Assembly: GCA_050246755.1 (NCBI GenBank)
Contig: JBFWVL010000001.1
Location: forward strand, 1,600,001 to 1,664,000
Reading direction: 5' to 3'
Length of the DNA: 64,000 nucleotides
From: Bacteriovoracia bacterium
GTDB taxonomy: Bacteria > Bdellovibrionota > UBA1018 > CAIPTA01
The notes under the pieces were generated by a model. It was not told the DNA's origin, ran no database searches, and was given only the letters and a program-made list of their open reading frames with translations. Both the position numbers and the translations under genes were made by a program. Positions 15,529 through 24,717 of this stretch are shown here, in pieces; positions within the stretch are counted from its first letter, which is position 1, and every line of letters begins with the position of its first letter.

Positions 15529-18477
15529 ATGTTTTCCACCTCTACTCTCTATAAAGGCAGCGCCCGCTGGCTCACTTTCTTCCTAGCATTCAGTGTTTTA
15601 ACGGCCTGTGATCCGCAAGAGGCTGAAAAGCCTAGTGATTCTTGTAAGGATAAGAAAACCTCCAAGGATTCTAAGGGCAAGAAGGACGACGCCTGCGAAG
15701 CCGGTAACGACGGAGGAGGAACCACACCCCCTCCTGTCAATCCCAAGCCCTATCCGTTTCCTACGCTTCCCAACCGTGTTTGCACCATCGATAAGTTTAA
15801 GCAGGATCAAACCACCGGTGGCGGCGTGAAGAAGCTCGACGTTCTCTTCGTGATGGACCACTCGGGCTCGATGGCCGACGACTGGGAACGCGTGGCGAAC
15901 AATATTCAAGAAATGGTGCGTGAGCTTCCGGCGGATCTCGATATTCGTTACTCAGTTCTTCTCTCCGATGTGGGCACGCAAAAAGGCCGACTCTATGCTC
16001 CCGTGGGATACAAAGTAGTTCTCGATAATCAGAAGATGCGAGTTCAGGAAATTTCCAGCGCCCTCCATAAAACTTTCGTGGAAGGGATGAAGGTAAGTGA
16101 CCCAACTGGGGAAGCCGCGTTTTACAGCTTATATAAGGCGGTTACCGCCAATGCCGTGGACAACCAGCGTCTCGGCTTTTTCCGCGCCGACGCCGCCCTC
16201 TCCGTGATTTTCGCCAGCGACGAGCAAGAAGCCGGGTTTCCGTTTCCGAATCCCCAGGCTCCCGGTTTACCGAAGCGTTGCGATACCGACTACGAAGAGA
16301 ACATCAAAAAGACTTATTACGATAAGCAAGGCGTGAATCTCGAGGTTGCCTTTAATGCCGTGAAGAAACTTAAGGGAGACATGCCGGTAGTGACCCATGC
16401 CTTCGTGAATATTACGAAGGAAGATCTTTTCAAGCGCAATTCGAAGAATGCCAGCTGTCTCTACGATTCTCTCGGTTATGGATATTTCGAAATGGTGGCG
16501 AAAACCCAAGGGGTGCTTTTCAGCCTTCAGGCCAATCGCGCGGAAGGTATGGCCCGTTGCGGACAAGTTACTCGTGAACGCCTGCAGCTCGTGCACGACT
16601 TCAAGCTCTCGAAGCCCGCCGAAAAAGTGGATCCTGCCACCATCATCTCCGCGGTGGACGGTAAGCTCGCTCAGTATACCTACGCTGCCGCCAGCAATAT
16701 GGTTCACATCGACGAAGCCGGCGTGGGCGGAAGCATCATCGAAATTCGCCATTGCGAGCCGGACGGCCGCAAAGACTGGACCCTCGTGGATTTCGCCGGA
16801 ACCGCCGCGCAGTATTCAGTGAATCTCGCCTGGAAAACCCCGGAATACGCCACCGACGGAAAAGTATTGTGGGGCCTCTCGGCCACCGCACTCAATAACA
16901 CCACGCCAGTTGCCGCCAAGGACACGAACCACACCATCTCGGTTGCTTCGCTGACTCCGAATACGGTTTACTACTTCCAGGCCGTTTCGAAAGATGAGTT
17001 CGGCCAATCGAAGAGCAGCTCCGTGATCAGCGTGCGCACTCTTCCTGATTGGACGATTACCGGCGTGAGCGGACAGCCGTCACGCAATACCGCCACGGTA
17101 AAATGGCGCACGGCCGAGTATCCCACGAAAGGGAAAGTTCGCTGGGGCTTGGATTCCGCGGCCCTCGTGAATGAGAGCGCGCAAACCGCCGTATTGAACG
17201 ACCACACCGTGGCGATCACAAACCTTCAGGCCAATACCGACTACTACTACCAAGTGGTGTCGAGCGATGAATACGGCCTGGAAAAAACCAGCGCCGTGGC
17301 TTCCATGCGCACGGTTACCGACTGGGGCTTGATCGGTTTCGGCGGCACCGCGGCCCGTACCAGCGCGGCTCTCACCTGGCAAACTCCCGAGTACGCCACG
17401 AGTGGTAAAGTTATGTGGGGCACTTCGGTGAATAATTTGGTGAACCAAGCGGTAGATGGCGTGGTGGGAACTAGCCATGGCGTGAGCGTAACTGGTCTCA
17501 CCGCGAATACCACCTACTACTTCCAGGCAGTGGGCACCGACGATCTCGGCTCCGTGAAACGAAGCGAAGTGATCGCCCTCCGCACCGTTACGGACTGGAG
17601 CCTCACCGGTTTCTCCGGAACCTCCACCATCGACTCCGTTCACGTAGCTTGGCAGACCGCCGAATACGCCACCAGCGGCAAGGTGCTCTGGGGCCTCTCG
17701 GCCGATGCCCTCACCAACGCCCAGGGAGATGGCGTAACGGGCACTTCGCACGGCGTGGACATCAACGGCCTGAACGAAGACACCATTTACTACTTCCAGG
17801 CGGTATCGCGCGATAACTACGCTCTAGAGAAACAGAGCGCCGTGATCGCCATCCGCACCGCGAAGAAGCCCGTGGATCCTACGCCGCTGCCGGTATGGGA
17901 CATCTCGGATTTCAGCGGTTTCGCTACTACCACCTCGGTCACCATCAACTGGAGAACCGATGGCTACGCTACCTCCGGTGCCGTTCTCTGGGGAACCGCT
18001 TCCGGCGCGCTTCATAACGAAGTTCCGGAGACTGGTGCCGGTTTCGCTCACAGCGTAAACGTAAGTGGCCTCACCCCCGATACGCTCTACTACTTCAAAG
18101 TGGTAGCTCGCGATGACCAGGGCCAGGAAAAACAAAGCGTAGAAATCCCGGTTCGCACGATGGCCGTGGTTACCCCCGATCCGGATCCTACCCCTACGTG
18201 GTCGGTATCGGCTTTCGATGGTACTACCACTCCTAATTCCGCCACGCTGATCTGGCAAACTCCGGGCGCTCTCACTAAGGCCACGGTGAAGGTGGGCACT
18301 AGCCCCACGAGCCTCAATCTGCAGGCGGTGTCGGTAGATACTTTCGCGGAAACGCAGCTGATGTCCGTAACCGGTCTCAGCCCGAACACCGCCTACTACT
18401 TCCAGGTGATTGCCGTAGACAAAAACGGCCACACCGTGGAAAGCGTGGTGCTAATGAAGCGCACCAAGGCCCAATAG
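15529..18477 (+). CDS. lipoprotein with vWA domain and six FN3-like repeats
   Basis: lipobox VLTAC; LDVLFVMDHSGSM MIDAS motif; six repeats W.T...T.G.V.WG...H.V...L...T.YYFQ. Confidence 0.85.
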   Translation: MFSTSTLYKGSARWLTFFLAFSVLTACDPQEAEKPSDSCKDKKTSKDSKGKKDDACEAGNDGGGTTPPPVNPKPYPFPTLPNRVCTIDKFKQDQTTGGGVKKLDVLFVMDHSGSMADDWERVANNIQEMVRELPADLDIRYSVLLSDVGTQKGRLYAPVGYKVVLDNQKMRVQEISSALHKTFVEGMKVSDPTGEAAFYSLYKAVTANAVDNQRLGFFRADAALSVIFASDEQEAGFPFPNPQAPGLPKRCDTDYEENIKKTYYDKQGVNLEVAFNAVKKLKGDMPVVTHAFVNITKEDLFKRNSKNASCLYDSLGYGYFEMVAKTQGVLFSLQANRAEGMARCGQVTRERLQLVHDFKLSKPAEKVDPATIISAVDGKLAQYTYAAASNMVHIDEAGVGGSIIEIRHCEPDGRKDWTLVDFAGTAAQYSVNLAWKTPEYATDGKVLWGLSATALNNTTPVAAKDTNHTISVASLTPNTVYYFQAVSKDEFGQSKSSSVISVRTLPDWTITGVSGQPSRNTATVKWRTAEYPTKGKVRWGLDSAALVNESAQTAVLNDHTVAITNLQANTDYYYQVVSSDEYGLEKTSAVASMRTVTDWGLIGFGGTAARTSAALTWQTPEYATSGKVMWGTSVNNLVNQAVDGVVGTSHGVSVTGLTANTTYYFQAVGTDDLGSVKRSEVIALRTVTDWSLTGFSGTSTIDSVHVAWQTAEYATSGKVLWGLSADALTNAQGDGVTGTSHGVDINGLNEDTIYYFQAVSRDNYALEKQSAVIAIRTAKKPVDPTPLPVWDISDFSGFATTTSVTINWRTDGYATSGAVLWGTASGALHNEVPETGAGFAHSVNVSGLTPDTLYYFKVVARDDQGQEKQSVEIPVRTMAVVTPDPDPTPTWSVSAFDGTTTPNSATLIWQTPGALTKATVKVGTSPTSLNLQAVSVDTFAETQLMSVTGLSPNTAYYFQVIAVDKNGHTVESVVLMKRTKAQ

Positions 18478-18499
18478 TCAGCGATTTCTACGGAGCGGG

Positions 18500-19243
18500 T
18501 TAGCGCAACGACATTAGCGCGCCCGCTTCGATCCATCCGACCAGCTCTTGCTGATCTCCCGCTACGAAACGGATCTTAAGCCAGCCGTCGCGCTCTTCTT
18601 CCGCGTTCACCAGCGCGCCGGGCTCGAGCGCGATGATATTGGAGAAAGTAGCATTGGGGCCGCTCTTCACTTGGCCCGCTTTTACGAAGGCAGCCACGGG
18701 AGAATTCGATTGCTGATAACCCGTGAAACCCACCGCGAAGCAGAGCGCGAGGGCCGAGGCCCAGCCAATAATCCGCGCGCGCGATTCACCTGAGCCCGCG
18801 CTCCAAAGCAAACCCGCGGCGCACACCAGAATGGGCACCAGCCAGATGCCTTCCGGCAAAAAATGAAGCGGTACCGGCCAGGAAGAGAGCCAGGTACTCG
18901 GCCGAATCGCGCGCGTGGCTGGGCTCAGCTTGCTTTCCGTGAGCTTCAGGTTTTGAGTGATGTCGCTGTCTAGCGGTTTTTGGGAGAGGGCTTTTAGCAA
19001 ATAAGCGTACCCGACACCGGTTGATCCGGCGCGTGCAGAAGCGGTTCCTAAATTATAATAAAAGGCAGAAGTCAGATTTTCGGCTGGGCCGGCGGCCAAG
19101 ATTTCATTATATGCCTGGCGCGCTTTTTCCCATTCTCCGGTCAGGTAAAGCTTTTCTGCCTCGGCCAATTTTTCTTCGTTGGCTAACGCCACCAATGGGG
19201 CCAGGAGCATCACGAGCAGCAAGATTATGTTTCCAAATCGCAC
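18500..19243 (-). CDS. BatE-like TPR/TM/SH3 protein
   Basis: signal peptide, YYNLGT TPR, two TM segments, SH3b-type GWLKIRF...GWI; start reassigned to GTG 19243. Confidence 0.75.
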   Translation of the reverse strand: MRFGNIILLLVMLLAPLVALANEEKLAEAEKLYLTGEWEKARQAYNEILAAGPAENLTSAFYYNLGTASARAGSTGVGYAYLLKALSQKPLDSDITQNLKLTESKLSPATRAIRPSTWLSSWPVPLHFLPEGIWLVPILVCAAGLLWSAGSGESRARIIGWASALALCFAVGFTGYQQSNSPVAAFVKAGQVKSGPNATFSNIIALEPGALVNAEEERDGWLKIRFVAGDQQELVGWIEAGALMSLR

Positions 19244-19265
19244 GGCCCTAATTGTAGTATGAATC

Positions 19266-20768
19266 ATGGAATTTCTCGAACAAGCTCTGAAATTTCTCGA
19301 GATTAAAAGCGTATCGGAAGAGGGCAACGAAGAGGCCGTAAACTTCCTTATCCCGCTTTTCGAGCAGGCCGGCGCCAAATTAGTGCTGCAACAGGTGCCA
19401 CACTCGCTGAAAGACCATTCCAAGCGCCAGTATAATCTTTTAGCCATCTTCGGCGACGATCTGGTGGACAGCCGTACCCGCAAGGGCCTGCTGCTTACGG
19501 GTTCCGTGGACACCGCGAACCCCGGAAATGCGACCGATTGGACGGAGCTTGGCGGGAATCCATTCCGTCCAAAAGTGAACGGCGAAAATCTTTGCGGCCT
19601 GGGGGCCGCCGGCGCCAAAGTAAATTTTTTGGCCATGCTCGCGGCCGCCAATTCCGCCGCCGCTTCCCGCGCCCGTTTTCTGCAGCCGCTCTATTTGGCG
19701 GCCACGTGCGGGGGAGAATCGGTGCTGGCCGGTTCCCGTTATTTGATTCAGTCGGGGGTGGTGAATCCCAAGCACGTGATCGTGGCGCGCCCCACGAATC
19801 TTCGCCTGCAGAATACCGAAAAGGTGCAGCTCGTATTTCAGCTGCGTATTTCTTTTGTCTCCATCGAGCGCGATGCCCACGAGTTCAACGCTAAGGTTTT
19901 CATTTCGAGTAAGAGCAAAGGCATCCACGCCGCTCATCCCGCCGCGAATAAGAACGCGCTGGAAAACGTGCTCTTCTTCCTAGAGAGCCTTAAATCTTCC
20001 CCGATCGAAAATAAGTTGATGTCGATCTACGGAACTGGCAGCTTGAACCGAATGCCGGATACGGCTTCGGCCGGAATCGTGATCCGCTCCAAGGACCTCG
20101 ATTCCATCCGCGATCGTTTTCGGTCTATTTCTGCCAATAACCGCGATTGCCATTTTGAGATGCGCCTCGGCGGCACCGGCGATCGTGGCGTGCGCTTGCT
20201 ACCCGAGGAAGTTTATTCCGTGCTGAAGCGGATCCGGGAAGAAATCAGGTCTGTGAACGAGGCCATGCGCCCGATGGAAGACAATAGCTTCGAGCCCAAC
20301 CATTCGCGGGTAATTCTTAGCGGAATGGCGCAGGATCGCGATGCGCTAGAGCTCACCGTGCAGTTTGGCTTGGTGCCCGAACTCGGCTCTCTCGAGAGCC
20401 GTAAAGAAATTGAGCGGGATTTTAAGGAGCGCATCGCTGGAATCGCCCGGAATTTCGGGGCCGTTTCGGTGGAATGCCGCCGCACCCACGCCACCCAGCG
20501 TTTCTTTACCGACCCCGCTTCCACGTTCATGACCACCCTCCGCGCGGACATGCAGCGGGTCGGCCTTGCTTCCGATACCGTAGCGGGAAATTCTTCTTCG
20601 GAAGCGGCGCAGTTTTCGGAGCGCGGTTACGAAACGATCGGGTTCGGGGCGGGGGATAACGTGCATAACGGAAATTGCCCCAACGAAAGTTTGAAAGTGG
20701 AAGACCTGCAGGCCGCGGTGCGCTTCTATAGCCGGGCGATCGATGCCTTTTGCCTGCGTGGCATTTAG
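19266..20768 (+). CDS. M20 (ArgE/DapE-like) fold protein lacking most metal ligands
   Basis: SVSEEGNEE, DW...NPF, GLGAA, ARPT, GIHAAHP, SEAAQF, CPNE. Confidence 0.75.
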   Translation: MEFLEQALKFLEIKSVSEEGNEEAVNFLIPLFEQAGAKLVLQQVPHSLKDHSKRQYNLLAIFGDDLVDSRTRKGLLLTGSVDTANPGNATDWTELGGNPFRPKVNGENLCGLGAAGAKVNFLAMLAAANSAAASRARFLQPLYLAATCGGESVLAGSRYLIQSGVVNPKHVIVARPTNLRLQNTEKVQLVFQLRISFVSIERDAHEFNAKVFISSKSKGIHAAHPAANKNALENVLFFLESLKSSPIENKLMSIYGTGSLNRMPDTASAGIVIRSKDLDSIRDRFRSISANNRDCHFEMRLGGTGDRGVRLLPEEVYSVLKRIREEIRSVNEAMRPMEDNSFEPNHSRVILSGMAQDRDALELTVQFGLVPELGSLESRKEIERDFKERIAGIARNFGAVSVECRRTHATQRFFTDPASTFMTTLRADMQRVGLASDTVAGNSSSEAAQFSERGYETIGFGAGDNVHNGNCPNESLKVEDLQAAVRFYSRAIDAFCLRGI

Positions 20769-21124
20769 CGCTCCAATAACTCGATGCGGTTATCGTCGGG
20801 GTCATAGACGAAGCGACGCTTCTTAAAGCCCGCGATAATTTTTGCCTCTTGCGAGCGCCCGCCATGCGCTTCCACGCGTCTTACCAGCTCTTCTAAGTCC
20901 GTAGTGAGCAGGGCGAGATGCTGCTCGGTTTTTTGCACGGAATCGCTGCGCTCCTGCAGGTGTAGCTCAAGCGCTCCCACCCGGAACCAGGCACCGCGGT
21001 TCTTGCTGATGCTTTCGGTGAGCCGCGGGATCGGCACTAGGCCGAAAGCTTTTTCGTAGAAATCTCTGCTGGCGTTCACGTTCGTGACGATCACGGCCAC
21101 GTGATGGATTCCCTCTACTAGCAT
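20765..21124 (-). CDS. VOC/glyoxalase family protein
   Basis: IHHVAV...FYE..FGL, ELHL, HLAL, YDPDDNRIEL. Confidence 0.9.
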   Translation of the reverse strand: MLVEGIHHVAVIVTNVNASRDFYEKAFGLVPIPRLTESISKNRGAWFRVGALELHLQERSDSVQKTEQHLALLTTDLEELVRRVEAHGGRSQEAKIIAGFKKRRFVYDPDDNRIELLER

Positions 21125-22248
21125 GGGCGCACCAAGATTTTCCCTTCGCTCTTTCGCTGATGGTTCAGCCTCTCCGCCGCTTCCGACAACGAAATGGTTT
21201 CGCGTACGAGTTTCTCGGCCCTTAGTTTTCCGGCGGCCATCAGTTCGATCACGCGCGAAAAGGTGGATTCTCCCGAATGCCCTTGCGAGCCAACCACGCG
21301 GGCGTTCTTCGTGATCAGTGCTTCCGGAAGGAGGGAGGCGGGCTCATCGGTGCGCGCTAGCAAGCAGAGCGTTCCGCCCACGGCGAGTCGCGCTCCCGCG
21401 ATTTCGAGCGCGAGGCGGGTGGCGCCGGCGGCGTCGATGATCCAGTCGAAGGTTCCGGTTAAAGAAGAGGAATCAGCGGAAGATACAGCTTTGGTTACGC
21501 CGATTTCGAGCGCGAATTTCTTTCTTTCCTCCACGTTTTCCACCGCGAGCACTTCGGTGGCGCCGGCGCAGAGGGCGAGGTCCGCGGCGGCGAGGCCGAT
21601 GGGGCCGCAGCCTAGGATCAGCACGCGATTTCCGGGAAGCCATTCGCCGCCGTGGGTTCCCTGAAAGAGCGCACGAAAGCTTACGGCATAAGGCTCCACT
21701 AGAGCACCGAGCCGCAGGGCTTTATCGCTGCCGAAACGAGCGGCGAGCTTATCCAGCTTCCAGCAATATTTTGCGGGCACGGTGATGAATTCCGCGTGGG
21801 CTCCGTCTTCGGTGAAGCCCAGCTCTTCCAGATTTTCGCAGTGATTTACGTTTCCGGCCCGGCAATGGTGGCAATCCCCGCACCATTGCATTTCTTCCGC
21901 GGTGAGCAGGGTACCCAGGGGGAAGTTTCTCATTACTGCCTCGCGGCTGCCTTCGCCGTGGCCGATTACTTCTCCGCTGAATTCGTGGCCGATCGTTACC
22001 GGCAGCGTGGCCAGCCCGGGATAAGAGAGTTTTTTGTCGTGGCCGGTTTCCGCCAGATGAAAATCGCTGCCGCAAAGGCCGCAGTAGCGCACGCGTATGA
22101 GCAGCTCATCGGGGCGGGGCTTGGGCACGAGGGCCTCCTCGAGGAGAATGCGGGGATTTAGAAAAGTTTGGCTCGCATTAGCGGTGCGCACGCGCGTAGC
22201 CGGCTTATTGCCGGTAGCCAGATCGGCATGCAGGCGAAGCGCCTTCAT
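21118..22248 (-). CDS. Zn-dependent dehydrogenase, scyllo-inosose 3-dehydrogenase (IolM)-like
   Basis: CGLCGSDFH, YPGL..LPVTIGHEFSG, AEEMQWCG.C..C..G..NHC, VVGSQGHSG..TF.RVI.LMA as in Thermotoga IolM. Confidence 0.75.
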   Translation of the reverse strand: MKALRLHADLATGNKPATRVRTANASQTFLNPRILLEEALVPKPRPDELLIRVRYCGLCGSDFHLAETGHDKKLSYPGLATLPVTIGHEFSGEVIGHGEGSREAVMRNFPLGTLLTAEEMQWCGDCHHCRAGNVNHCENLEELGFTEDGAHAEFITVPAKYCWKLDKLAARFGSDKALRLGALVEPYAVSFRALFQGTHGGEWLPGNRVLILGCGPIGLAAADLALCAGATEVLAVENVEERKKFALEIGVTKAVSSADSSSLTGTFDWIIDAAGATRLALEIAGARLAVGGTLCLLARTDEPASLLPEALITKNARVVGSQGHSGESTFSRVIELMAAGKLRAEKLVRETISLSEAAERLNHQRKSEGKILVRPC

Positions 22249-22709
22249 TTTTTTGCCTTCGTCTTGCGCAGGGGAGACACGATCTCGAGCAGGATACCGT
22301 TTGGATCCTGCACGAACGTGATGGAATCGCCGCTATAGCCCTTCTTAGGTTTGATCCAGGGGTTGAGCCCCATTTTTTGCAGGGAAGAAACCGCGCCCTT
22401 AAATTTTCTGGTTCGAAAAGCGATGTGGCGAATTCCGGGCTCGAAGTAGCTGCGGGGCACTTTTGCTCCGTGCACCTGGCTCAGGCGCTTGGCGAAGGTC
22501 GGTTTGTCGCTGCGGTACTCGAAGAGCTCGAGGCGGCTGCCCTTGCGCTTGAGCACGATCGCCCGCACGCCCAGTTCGCGGTTGCCGAATTCCCGCTCGA
22601 TTTTAAAGCCGAAATATTTTTCGTAGAAGCGCACCGTTTGGCGCAGATTTTTCACCACGATCGCCACGTGATCGATATTTCCGAGCGGAAGTGAGGGGGC
22701 TTTAGCCAT
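22245..22709 (-). CDS. VOC family protein (methylmalonyl-CoA epimerase-like fold)
   Basis: IDHVAIVV, LELFEY, GIRHIAF, QDPNGILLEI. Confidence 0.88.
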   Translation of the reverse strand: MAKAPSLPLGNIDHVAIVVKNLRQTVRFYEKYFGFKIEREFGNRELGVRAIVLKRKGSRLELFEYRSDKPTFAKRLSQVHGAKVPRSYFEPGIRHIAFRTRKFKGAVSSLQKMGLNPWIKPKKGYSGDSITFVQDPNGILLEIVSPLRKTKAKK

Positions 22710-22752
22710 TGGGCTTGATGCTAGTATGGAGGGCGGAGGCTGTAAAGGCGCG

Positions 22753-23280
22753 CTAGGCGACGAACTTTTTCTTTAGGGCCTCGGCTTCGGCGGCCTTCGC
22801 GTCCGCCACTTCGATCGAATCCAGATCGAGGATGCAGCCACTGCTTTTCTTGAATTTCATTTTTCCGCGCCTTTGTTCGGCGTAGCTGCCGTTTCCTTCG
22901 AGCCGCGTAAAAATACCCTTGGCCTTTTCGCAGATCTTTTTCTGGGTAACTAAAAGTTTTTCCCAGCCTAGGCTCAGGCGGATGAGGTTCTCGCCCTGCA
23001 CCGGAGTTTCAATGGCGTGGGCCAGCGGGCTTTCTTTGGCCTTTTCTTCCTCGGTGGTTTCTTGCTTTGGTTTTTTGCCGAAAAACTCGTAGCCGGGGGT
23101 GGATCCGTTGCCGAGGCTGTCATGGGATTTATCGGCCGCGGCGGTGCCGGGCACCTGAAACGACGACTTCGCCGAAGGCGTAGCGGCAGGTTTCGTGTCG
23201 GAGGCCTTCTTGCCTTTCCCGGCGCGGTCCGGGTTAAAGAGGGCGGCCATGCTTTGTCCTAAAGGACCGAGCTTGCTCAT
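22753..23280 (-). CDS. hypothetical Lys-rich protein
   Basis: 175-aa ORF with GGGGAA SD and a sigma28-like promoter upstream. Confidence 0.65.
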   Translation of the reverse strand: MSKLGPLGQSMAALFNPDRAGKGKKASDTKPAATPSAKSSFQVPGTAAADKSHDSLGNGSTPGYEFFGKKPKQETTEEEKAKESPLAHAIETPVQGENLIRLSLGWEKLLVTQKKICEKAKGIFTRLEGNGSYAEQRRGKMKFKKSSGCILDLDSIEVADAKAAEAEALKKKFVA

Positions 23281-23304
23281 AAAATCGTGGTTCCCCTATA
23301 ACTC

Positions 23305-23333
23305 TATTCGGTAGCAGGTAGGTTATACTTGAG
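23305..23333 (-). promoter_or_regulatory. sigma28 (FliA)-like promoter
   Basis: minus strand CTCAAG-N15-ACCGAATA. Confidence 0.45.
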
Positions 23334-23516
23334 AAAAATGATCATCAAATGAGATTTTTCTAGCCAAGGTGCGTAAAAAGCTGCTAAAGATCCCCTGAGT
23401 TTTCGCACCTTTGGCCATTCTTAGCTGGTACTGCGTAAAAGCTTACGCAGTAAAGCTTGCGCCCTGGGTTTACCGGCTTCTAAGATAGAAGGGCTCGGTT
23501 TGGAAGGAATAGAACT

Positions 23517-24707
23517 ATGGACCTTTTTGAGAAGTGTTACGCATTCCAGGACGCCAAAATGCTGCAGCAGGCAGGCGTATATCCTTTCTTTCGCGCGCTG
23601 GAGGGCGCCGCCGGCCCCCGCGTGGTGAGCGACGGCAAAGAGCGCGTGATGGTGGGTTCGAATAATTATCTCGGTCTCACGCAAAATCCGCGCGTGCAAG
23701 AAGCCGCCATCAAGGCGATCGAAAAATACGGCACGGGCTGCACGGGTTCTCGCTTCCTGAACGGCAACACTGATTTGCACGAGCAGCTCGAAGCCGAGCT
23801 CGCGAAATTCCTTCAGCGCGAAGCCGTGCTGGTATATGCCACCGGCTTCATGGCCAACCTCGGCGCGATTTCCTGCCTCGTGGGCCGCAAAGATATCATT
23901 TTCTCCGATCGTGAAAACCACGCCTCCATCGTGGAAGGCCAGAGCGCCGCGATCGGCGAAACCGTAAAGTACAAGCACAACGACATGCAGGAGCTCGAGC
24001 GCCTGCTTCGCGAATACGAGCACGTTCCTGGTAAATTAATTGTATTTGACGGCGTATTCTCCATGACCGGCCGGATCGTGAATCTTCCCGATATCGTGCG
24101 CCTGGCGAAAAAATACGGCGCCCGCACCTATTGCGATGACGCCCACGCCCTCGGCGTGATCGGTGCCGGCGGCCGGGGCACGCCTCATCACTTCGGCCTC
24201 AACGACGACGTGGACCTCACCATGGGAACCTTCTCGAAGAGCTTCGCTTCCCTCGGCGGCTATATCGCCGGGAAAAAAGACATCATTCACTATATCAAGC
24301 ACAAGAGCCGTTCGTTTATGTTCTCGGCCTCGCTTCCTCCGGCTTCCGCCGCCACCGTGCTCGAGTGCGTGCGCGTGATCCAGGAAAATCCTGGTCTCGT
24401 AGATAAACTTTGGAAGAACGCCCGTAAGATGAAAGCGGGCCTCGAGGCCCTCGGTTTCGACACCATGGGATCCCAAACCCCCGTGATCCCGGTATTGATC
24501 GGCGACGATCTCAAAGCCTTCATGTTCACGAAGCGTCTCTATGAGCTCGGCGTATTCGCCACGCCGGTGGTTTCTCCGGCCGTGCCCAAGGGCTACGCCT
24601 TGATCCGTACCAGCTACATGAGCACCCACGAAGATAAAGACCTCGATTTCGTGCTGGATGTGTTCGCGCAAGTGGGCAAAGAGTTCGGCATCATCCGCCC
24701 GCAATAA
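23517..24707 (+). CDS. spt: serine palmitoyltransferase (AOS family PLP enzyme)
   Basis: YPFFR, GSNNYLGLT, GTGCTGSRFLNG, NHASI, DDAH, GTFSKS, FSAS; followed by cerS-like gene. Confidence 0.82.
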   Translation: MDLFEKCYAFQDAKMLQQAGVYPFFRALEGAAGPRVVSDGKERVMVGSNNYLGLTQNPRVQEAAIKAIEKYGTGCTGSRFLNGNTDLHEQLEAELAKFLQREAVLVYATGFMANLGAISCLVGRKDIIFSDRENHASIVEGQSAAIGETVKYKHNDMQELERLLREYEHVPGKLIVFDGVFSMTGRIVNLPDIVRLAKKYGARTYCDDAHALGVIGAGGRGTPHHFGLNDDVDLTMGTFSKSFASLGGYIAGKKDIIHYIKHKSRSFMFSASLPPASAATVLECVRVIQENPGLVDKLWKNARKMKAGLEALGFDTMGSQTPVIPVLIGDDLKAFMFTKRLYELGVFATPVVSPAVPKGYALIRTSYMSTHEDKDLDFVLDVFAQVGKEFGIIRPQ

Positions 24708-24717
24708 GGTAGGGGTT

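Noticed and set aside
16770-18440. Recurrent TACTACTTCCAG-like DNA repeats
   Set aside because: Explained by the YYFQ motif of the FN3-like protein repeats.
18500-19651. Long N-terminal extensions in the ORF track (this ORF, and 4176, 24658, 28135, 31035, 63428 starts)
   Set aside because: They overlap neighbouring genes or promoters; internal starts match family N-termini, signal peptides or SD sites.
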